From: an uncultured Nitrososphaerota archaeon
GTDB lineage: Archaea; Thermoproteota; EX4484-205; JAAOZO01
Direction: 5' to 3'
DNA: 64,000 nucleotides
NCBI GenBank assembly: GCA_964408285.1
Contig: CAYOYV010000004.1
Coordinates: 32,001-96,000 of the forward strand
Positions 57,205 through 64,000 of the stretch are shown one piece after another. Position numbers and translations under genes: made by a program. Numbering within the stretch: the first letter of the stretch is position 1; the number at the start of each line of letters is the position of its first letter. Below the pieces are notes generated by a model. That model was given only the letters and a program-made list of their open reading frames with translations. It ran no database searches and was not told where the DNA came from.

Positions 57205-58320
57205 TCACTTCCGCTCCATTCGTCTCTTACCTAATTCGGCGCAAAGATCCAGATACAACTTGATTGCCTGCGGGGGCGTATTCCAAGGGATGTGGTTCCC
57301 AACGCAGAAGACATAGCCGCCAGTCATGCTGGCTGTCTCCACCATTCGCAACACCATATCCTCTATTTCGAGGTGATCATTGCGTAGAAGGATTCTGCAA
57401 TCTCCCTCTCCAGCCAAGAAGCAGTTGCGATATTTTCTGGCGATGGCACGATAATCGGTGTATGGTTCGCTTATGATGCCTCTCGCACCACAGGCCATGA
57501 CATCATCGACATAGGCGTCCATGCAACCATCCGACATGAAGATCACTTCCTTCCCTGCAGTCTTGACGATATCCCAGAATTCCCTGTAGCGGGGAAATAT
57601 GTAGCGACGCATCCATTCTGGAGACAACACTGGCCCATGTGAGCTGACGATATCGTCATGGCAGATCACGAAATTGACCGGTAACCTTGCAAAGACGCGA
57701 AATACCCGTCTGTTGATCTCTGCGAATTCATCCATAATGCGAGCGAAGCGCTCGTGAAGGCACGTTCGGAGGAAAAGATTCCACCCAAATGTGAGAAGTG
57801 GCCACATGAACATCGTGTTGTAGAAGCTCACGGAAGCTGTGGATCCATCCGGAGCGCTGTCACGCCACTCCGATGGGTAGTTGACGCGATATGCTTTGTA
57901 AAGTGCCTCTTCGGTCCTATAGTCATGTGATTCGACGACCGGGATCTCCCTGAAGTCCCCTTGTTTCAGTGGCGAAAAGGCAAACACATCTTCCGGAGAC
58001 TTGAACTGCTGCCCCCAATTCCAGTGACTCGTGATTGAATCTCCCCACCGAACGTACCGCCGTCCCTTCTCGTCGGCGAAAGAGCTTCCCCTGCCCAAGC
58101 CCAACTGCGGTCGAGGAAGTGGATCGTCTTTGCCTGGGATAGGGAGCTCAAGCTGTGGATAGAGCTCGGCCATCTTCTGACGACATAGGCGAGGGTGCTC
58201 ATAGTAATCAATGCCTGTCAGGTAGGTCTCGGCATCCGGACAGGACCAGTGCTCCCAATGGGGAATGCGCTGGGGCCAACGCCCCATGAAGGCCAGGTAT
58301 TTGTCGCTATGCTCCACCAT
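57205..58320 (-). CDS. Uroporphyrinogen decarboxylase / MtaA family-like protein
   Basis: HDDI......SPEW.R.YIFP, F.SDG, GGY...VGNHIP.N.P. Confidence 0.8.
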   Translation of the reverse strand: MVEHSDKYLAFMGRWPQRIPHWEHWSCPDAETYLTGIDYYEHPRLCRQKMAELYPQLELPIPGKDDPLPRPQLGLGRGSSFADEKGRRYVRWGDSITSHWNWGQQFKSPEDVFAFSPLKQGDFREIPVVESHDYRTEEALYKAYRVNYPSEWRDSAPDGSTASVSFYNTMFMWPLLTFGWNLFLRTCLHERFARIMDEFAEINRRVFRVFARLPVNFVICHDDIVSSHGPVLSPEWMRRYIFPRYREFWDIVKTAGKEVIFMSDGCMDAYVDDVMACGARGIISEPYTDYRAIARKYRNCFLAGEGDCRILLRNDHLEIEDMVLRMVETASMTGGYVFCVGNHIPWNTPPQAIKLYLDLCAELGKRRMERK

Positions 58321-58485
58321 AACGAACCAGAACCGGATTCGGAACAAGCACGATCATATATAGGAGTAACTCATGCCAAGAAGCCCCATCTAGCCGTGCA
58401 TGTCGAGTGCTTCCAATCAGGGGCGGGAGCTCTAATTCTCAAGCGCGGTGTGTTTGCTCCTGAGCGGGCGCGATCTGATAGTAAG

Positions 58486-61400
58486 TCACTGCTCCTTTTG
58501 CCAATGTCTCGATAAGGTGATTCTGAGCAGTTCCTCCCGCAAGTCATAGACCATCTGTCTGATCAGACTTTGTTGGTCTCTGATCCACTTGTCCTCTGGG
58601 CTTGTCACGACGAGTTCGATCTGATAGAACTCCTTGGCGGGAATATAGCGAATCTTTACTTTGTAGCGAACTATTCTCTCGGAATATCCAACGAATCCCC
58701 TGTAATCAAGAAGCAGGGATTCTCCATCAGCCTGTCTCTCGCGCGAACTGATGTTCACGCCGTAATGAGTGCCCGAGTAGTGACGATCCAAGCCTGAAAC
58801 GAAAGCTGAAAACCGGACAAGCTGCTCCTTTCTGAGCCTTATCGGTATCAACACTCTCCTTGAACCATCTTTCTCCACGTTGATTTCTCCGATATCTTTG
58901 CTCAGCATGATCTTGCTGGGGACTACTTTTAGTATAGCCTCCTTGGCAGGGAATACGGACCCGAGGCTTGTTACAATCAGTGAAACAACGAGGACAAGGA
59001 AGAGAGAAGTCAAGCTGTGCAGCTCCGACGCTATCTCGGGAGAGCTTACTCCTATCCAATACCCCCAAGCATACCCCATGATGTAACCGGTACAAGCTCC
59101 AATAATCCCCAGCATTAGCCCCTCGGCAACGAACGAATACGTGATGAATGCTGGCGAGGCCCCCAAACTTGACATTATGACCGATTCTTGTCTTCGTTCG
59201 TAGGTGGAGTTCAGAACAACGCTCAGGGTAATCAGCGTTCCGATCGACATCAATATGATTTGAGCATACCAAGTGCCGAATATCATTGATTTCGGGAAAT
59301 CCATCTGCAACGTCGTTGACCTAGACCCGCTTTCTATCATCGCTGAATAGGACGACATGTAACTCAATGTCATGGGTATCGGACCCATCTGCTTCGTAGC
59401 GCTGAGCCAAACCTTGTGGGAGGAGATCAGCGACTTGAGATAGTCTTCTACTACTGGCAACTGGTCCTGTTTACCATGCTCGCCGACTAGGAGAATGACC
59501 CTATTGCGAAGACAGGGGTACTTGGAGACATCTACCTCGCCTATCGCCAATACCGGAGTCGGAATATGAAATCGTTGATTGCCGCTGAAGTCCTTCTGTG
59601 CAATAAGAGTTGATATTGGCTTAGGAGGTGAAGTCAGGGAATCCCAGTCGGGGTCACCAATGAAAAGCTCCATCTTTTCAAGGTATTCCTCAAATCCATT
59701 TCCGTTGGGCAATCTCAGAGTTGACGGTGCAAATGACCCAGCGGTCACTAGTCTTGCCCCTTCAATCATAAGCGAAGATGGCATTGGTTGGTCGGGGCGA
59801 ATCAGTTCCTCGTTGATGAATACAATTCCAGCCTTGTTTTCCATTGAAGGAGATTTTTGAAGCTTAAGTCCGCAATAGCGACATAGCAAGGTCAGGTTGG
59901 CGAATATCACTGAGCCGCTGAGACCTGGCGAGATGTGAACTGAAAGATAAACTGGGGTATATTCTCTCAATCCCAATTTTCTTGCGTTGAACATTGCTTC
60001 GTCATAGCTCATCGGGATGAAGCCACTACTCTCCTCGAATATGTCCCCCGTTGGTGTTCTCACTACGAAGTTGGATGACCACACATTTGAGAAGCAGACA
60101 AGTGTTTGACTGGCTGGCTCTGAGATAGTGGTCTGAGAAACTATTGGGAAAACCATCTTGAGCGTCAAGCTCGGCACGATTGCCATAGCTATTACGATGA
60201 CGGTAGCTATTGTCAATGCTCCGCGGAGCTTTCTACTTTTGATCAACCTCACGGCATTCGAGAATGAAAGGCTGTATATTGACGCGGTTCCGGAGTACCT
60301 GAGAATCGCGATTGCAGCAAGCAGAAGGAAAACGAGGCTCGTGCCGGACGAGAGGGCAAATATTGATGTATAAGGGCGAAGACTTGGGTCCGATAATGCC
60401 TCTGTCGACATGATTGGCAAGGAGAAACGCAGAAGCCTCAATCCTGAGTGGATCTCAAACATCAAGGCTGCGATTACCACGAACAAGAATATCGTCATCT
60501 TCCTGCTGCCGTTGAACAGGAAGTGAGAGATTATCGCTCCCATGACAAAAACAATGACTGATATGACAGGAGCAACCAATATCCCAGAAGAGAAAATCAG
60601 TTCCCTTATTTCGTGATGACCCTGTGAAATGAGTTTCAACGCTCTCTCTAAGGGGAAGACATCAGATGATCTCTGGAGTCGCTCGCCATTGATCCCGAGA
60701 TCCAAGAGATCTGCGTTTGCCTGCTCGAACCTGCTCGCTGTCTCAGGCAGGAATATGCGCGTCTTATTGAGGAGCGTCATGTCATCGTTCATCGTCGTAG
60801 CTGCCCAGATTGAAATCTGTTCACCCAATTCAGGGCCGATTCCTATCGTATAGCCCCTTGACAGATTCAGTCGTAATGAGAATGGAATGGAGATGGTCCT
60901 GTTGAGCAACAAGTCAGGAATCCTCCTGAGATACGATCCTGACAGGAGAAGGTCCGTGATGTTACTGCGAACTATCAGGAGGCGCGGATTTGACCCAGAG
61001 CCAATGACTATATGAGCGTTCTCTGACTGATCGAGCCATATCCCTGAGCCAAACTTCTCAAGGGGTGATAGATCGAGTTCACATTTCCTTGCTTGACTTG
61101 CTCGAAGTGTGAGATTGATGCCGATGATCCTCTGCTCCGGGGAATCCTTCTGCAGGAAACAAATCAGGGATGAGGAGAACTCCAGCTGACTTTGCAGTGT
61201 TCTTGCGATTGCGGATTGGGAGGGTGAGAACGAAACCAGTTGCCTGGTAATGTATCGGTAGAGATCACCATCGAGTTGAACGTCCCATCTCATGGGCGTA
61301 CTCAACCGACTGCCGCCCATGGATCCGACAATTGAGGTCAGGGAACCCAAATGCAAGCATGAATCCGCGTACAATCCAACCAAGACAAAATACTCTCTAT

Positions 61401-61710
61401 ACGATTCAGTGTATGGGACAGCAAACATCTGGGTGATTGTTGAGTTGGAGGAATGATCGACGCTCCACGGAAAAGCGAGTCTCTTAGACACAGATCCTTT
61501 CGTTGGGTAGGTCGCCGCCATGTTAGTTTCAAAAGTGAAATTTATCGGGGAAACAGATGTCCACTGGTCAAGAACTGTTCTCACATTGAGGACTATGACA
61601 TGCTCCAGGTCTGAAGCAGTCTGTCCATAGGTGCTAGACGTAACCGTGACTAGCAGTAACATAATAATTATGAAGAAGCACAAGGTAAAGTGGCGCATGG
61701 CGTGCAACAT
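58486..61710 (-). CDS. Large FtsX/MacB-like ABC transporter permease (1074 aa), paralog of 45161..48277
   Basis: Same architecture; shared motifs RKLRG.LT, EESSGF, WDSLTSP, SSLGASP.FI..SF.AEG, KVVPS. Confidence 0.82.
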   Translation of the reverse strand: MLHAMRHFTLCFFIIIMLLLVTVTSSTYGQTASDLEHVIVLNVRTVLDQWTSVSPINFTFETNMAATYPTKGSVSKRLAFPWSVDHSSNSTITQMFAVPYTESYREYFVLVGLYADSCLHLGSLTSIVGSMGGSRLSTPMRWDVQLDGDLYRYITRQLVSFSPSQSAIARTLQSQLEFSSSLICFLQKDSPEQRIIGINLTLRASQARKCELDLSPLEKFGSGIWLDQSENAHIVIGSGSNPRLLIVRSNITDLLLSGSYLRRIPDLLLNRTISIPFSLRLNLSRGYTIGIGPELGEQISIWAATTMNDDMTLLNKTRIFLPETASRFEQANADLLDLGINGERLQRSSDVFPLERALKLISQGHHEIRELIFSSGILVAPVISVIVFVMGAIISHFLFNGSRKMTIFLFVVIAALMFEIHSGLRLLRFSLPIMSTEALSDPSLRPYTSIFALSSGTSLVFLLLAAIAILRYSGTASIYSLSFSNAVRLIKSRKLRGALTIATVIVIAMAIVPSLTLKMVFPIVSQTTISEPASQTLVCFSNVWSSNFVVRTPTGDIFEESSGFIPMSYDEAMFNARKLGLREYTPVYLSVHISPGLSGSVIFANLTLLCRYCGLKLQKSPSMENKAGIVFINEELIRPDQPMPSSLMIEGARLVTAGSFAPSTLRLPNGNGFEEYLEKMELFIGDPDWDSLTSPPKPISTLIAQKDFSGNQRFHIPTPVLAIGEVDVSKYPCLRNRVILLVGEHGKQDQLPVVEDYLKSLISSHKVWLSATKQMGPIPMTLSYMSSYSAMIESGSRSTTLQMDFPKSMIFGTWYAQIILMSIGTLITLSVVLNSTYERRQESVIMSSLGASPAFITYSFVAEGLMLGIIGACTGYIMGYAWGYWIGVSSPEIASELHSLTSLFLVLVVSLIVTSLGSVFPAKEAILKVVPSKIMLSKDIGEINVEKDGSRRVLIPIRLRKEQLVRFSAFVSGLDRHYSGTHYGVNISSRERQADGESLLLDYRGFVGYSERIVRYKVKIRYIPAKEFYQIELVVTSPEDKWIRDQQSLIRQMVYDLREELLRITLSRHWQKEQ

Positions 61711-61952
61711 CAGAATGTGAGGGCTACATTCTTTTATGTCTTGCCTTCTTTAGAGGGAACTCGTCTGCCCGGACGTGATAGGCTTCCCCATCTTACCTTT
61801 CAACAGCCGCAGTGCAAGATACGTCATGGAGCTCGTCTTCTTTTGTTGAGTTTCCGTGCGCGTGTGGTAGAGGCCATTGTTGTTCACTAGACACCGGAAT
61901 AGAAAGATTATATCCATCCGATCCAATTGCAGAACAATCCGTCAAGTGTGAA

Positions 61953-62741
61953 ATGCCCGTGTCGAGTTCAGCCGGGGAATTGGGAATAAGGTGTGAGAGA
62001 ATCTGGAAGAGTTTCGGAGAAGTAGTCGCATTGGATGGGATCGACCTTAGAATGCCGAATGGTCTTGTGCATTCGCTGCTGGGCCCAAATGGCTCTGGAA
62101 AGAGTACCTTGATGAAGGTTGCCATCGGTCTCTTGAAACCTGACTCCGGAAGGGCGCTCGTAAATGGAATAGATCCAAGAATAGATCCAATATCAGTGAG
62201 GAAAATCGTAGGATACATGCCAGAGGAGGTGGTGGCATATGACAGTCTCAATCCAGCGGAATATCTCAGCTTCATAGCCAGCTTGTACGAGATGCCAAGG
62301 GAATCTCTGGAAGTTAGGTCGAGAGCTCTGTCCAAACTTCTTGCTTTGGAGGAATACATGTCAAAACCCATAGGGGAACTCAGTCATGGAAACAGGAGGA
62401 AAGTGTTGTTAGCGGGCAGCCTCATTCATGACCCGTCGGTTCTGATCTTGGATGAACCCTTCTCAGGGTTAGACCCCGAATCTGCGAAGATATTGAAGGA
62501 GGCATTATTAGATTACGCCTCTCGGGGCAAGACGGTGATCATATCAACACACGTTCTGGAAATCGCAGAGGCCGTCTCGAAGCAGGTCGTTATAATGCAA
62601 AGAGGCAGGATTGTTGCGGAAGGTCCAGTTGACTCACTGAGGTCGATGACAGGCGCAAAGGATCTTGAGGAAGTCTTCATTCAGGTGACCGGAGTGAGCG
62701 GAGAGATCCAAGACCTACTTAGGGCTCTGAAGGAGTTGTAA
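61953..62741 (+). CDS. ABC transporter ATP-binding protein (ABC-2/CcmA-like)
   Basis: GPNGSGKST, LSHG signature variant, LILDEP, STH, LEEVF; TATA-like TTATAT near 61908. Confidence 0.93.
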   Translation: MPVSSSAGELGIRCERIWKSFGEVVALDGIDLRMPNGLVHSLLGPNGSGKSTLMKVAIGLLKPDSGRALVNGIDPRIDPISVRKIVGYMPEEVVAYDSLNPAEYLSFIASLYEMPRESLEVRSRALSKLLALEEYMSKPIGELSHGNRRKVLLAGSLIHDPSVLILDEPFSGLDPESAKILKEALLDYASRGKTVIISTHVLEIAEAVSKQVVIMQRGRIVAEGPVDSLRSMTGAKDLEEVFIQVTGVSGEIQDLLRALKEL

Positions 62742-63070
62742 GAGCACGCGATCCTAGCTGTTGAAAACCGAGAAGGGTTACTCATGGAGCATCGGCCTCG
62801 AGATTGGTGGAGGGACGAATTGGGCGATCTTATCATCGAAGAACGCGGATTTGACCCGCTCGAGGGTCGTAGCATGCCAGGATTGCACTCGTCAACGGAG
62901 ATTGCGCAATGACTCATGACCTCAGCATTTGTAGGCACTTCATTCCAGAGTTGGAGCATATGCTGAAAGAAGCAGGAATGTGTGCAAGGGTTCTTTATGG
63001 CGCTCTCGACGATTCTAGGTACAATCTTAATGTCATTAGACGGCGATGTTTGTGGAAAAGGCATGAATTC
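62742..63070 (+). pseudogene. Relic C-terminal fragment of a class I SAM methyltransferase with a frameshift
   Basis: AVENREGLL...IEERGFDPLEGR, then after a frameshift near 62872 ...FIPELEHMLKEAGM...LYGALD; resembles the C-terminal half of the 55833..56603 product. Confidence 0.55.
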
Positions 63071-63123
63071 TATGGACATTCCCAGACGTCAAACGCGGCT
63101 GAAGCAGAACATCCTGAGGATTA

Positions 63124-63798
63124 TCAACTGATTATTCTCCTTCCGCAATGCCAACAGAACTTATAGTACAATTCATTTTGTTCTAGGCAATAAGGGCATA
63201 GGTGCTTGGCAATCTCCCTAGGTGCGTTCCCTGAACTGGCTTTCTCTCCCTTCTTGGAATCAATACTGCCTGCTCCTCTCCCTCCCATGCGATGATCCGG
63301 GAGCTTTTGTTGGGCCCCAACGAGAAGACTCTCGTCCTTTAGCTCCGCCAGACTTCGCTTTCTCATCTCAGGGATAAGTCCGTCCCCGGCAGATCCGTCC
63401 CCCATTCGATTGCATTGCGCAACGGTCGTATAGAAGCAGTTGAATGTATTGTTTTGGTAATACAAGTTACCGTCTTCGATATTCGAGAGCTCTTCGATTC
63501 TGCCGTTACGCCAGTCCAACATAGCTAACCAAATCGTTGAATAGCAGGGATTCTGACAAGAAATCGTCAACATGATATTTCCATGACAGAACTGAGAACT
63601 ATGGTGCATGTACGTTCCAAAGTGGAAAGGGCGTTTAGAAAGAAGAGGTAGCAAGGCCTCTCTTCGATCACCTAAGAGACGGGGGTAAGGAGGGACATTG
63701 GTTATTTCAAGGTGGTATGTCTTGTAAGCTGAATCAATTTGGAAATCGCGATCTGCTTTGCCGCGGTACATCCACTGAAGAATCGGATTCGGACTCAC
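63124..63798 (-). CDS. Hypothetical protein with C-terminal double zinc ribbon (true start unclear; may be degraded)
   Basis: CPYC...N....KFCWHCG at the C-terminus; N-terminal half not recognisable. Confidence 0.45.
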   Translation of the reverse strand: MSPNPILQWMYRGKADRDFQIDSAYKTYHLEITNVPPYPRLLGDRREALLPLLSKRPFHFGTYMHHSSQFCHGNIMLTISCQNPCYSTIWLAMLDWRNGRIEELSNIEDGNLYYQNNTFNCFYTTVAQCNRMGDGSAGDGLIPEMRKRSLAELKDESLLVGAQQKLPDHRMGGRGAGSIDSKKGEKASSGNAPREIAKHLCPYCLEQNELYYKFCWHCGRRIIS

Positions 63799-63943
63799 AT
63801 CGCATTTGATCCTGATCTCAAGAACCTAGACTCGATGGATCAACGAGAACATTGAAGAGTCGCTGTCTTTACACCATTGATTTCAAAATCGAGAGCGAGA
63901 TTTATGATGAATTGACTAGGTAGTTGGAAAAGGAGGACAATCC

Positions 63944-64000
63944 GTGACACTGGATGATTGCGCGCTTGAACTAAGGATGGTATGGCAGATCACACCGACT
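63944..64000 (+). CDS. Possible gene start running off the window
   Basis: AGGAGG RBS 7 nt before GTG; frame open to the window end. Confidence 0.3.
   Translation, partial: MTLDDCALELRMVWQITPT

Noticed and set aside
1-64000. CRISPR array, rRNA, transposase or integrase
   Set aside because: I saw no regularly spaced repeats, rRNA-like tracts or recombinase/transposase motifs on reading; short or degenerate elements could have been missed.

Overview
This is 64 kb of an archaeal chromosome, most consistent with an uncultured Thermoproteota/TACK lineage. The markers are a PolB1-type polymerase, a SmAP-rpl37e operon, a splicing endonuclease with the crenarchaeal-specific loop, and a tRNA with non-canonical introns; exact taxonomy cannot be fixed from this window. 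The first ~26 kb is core information processing and housekeeping: aCPSF1/FttA, SmAP1, L37e, translin, EndoV, RibK/RibL, Trm5, Pcm, AsnA, FEN1, EF-1beta, GGR, Pth2, TruD, EndA, GlyRS, PfkA, SpeB, PolB1 and Pop5. The remaining ~38 kb is accessory: oxidoreductases, surface proteins, beta-propellers, UroD/MtaA-family proteins, glycoside-hydrolase-like TIM barrels, two ~1050-aa FtsX-like permeases, a B12 radical SAM, an M24-fold hydrolase and a PIG-L deacetylase. The most notable observations are: (1) a tRNA-Lys(CTT) at 4647-4782 with two introns in the T-loop that appear to need ordered splicing; (2) directly downstream, a ~2.2 kb islet encoding a TGT-fold protein that lacks both catalytic aspartates, fused to a metallophosphoesterase and joined to a LAGLIDADG fragment; (3) an unlisted 53-aa zinc-finger microprotein; (4) two divergent AsnA paralogs; (5) two giant paralogous permeases; (6) a secreted hydrolase interrupted by one in-frame TGA; (7) a metal-ligand-deficient M24 protein divergently paired with a deacetylase. 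I found no CRISPR array, rRNA, transposase or integrase. All family calls come from motif recognition by eye, not database searches.
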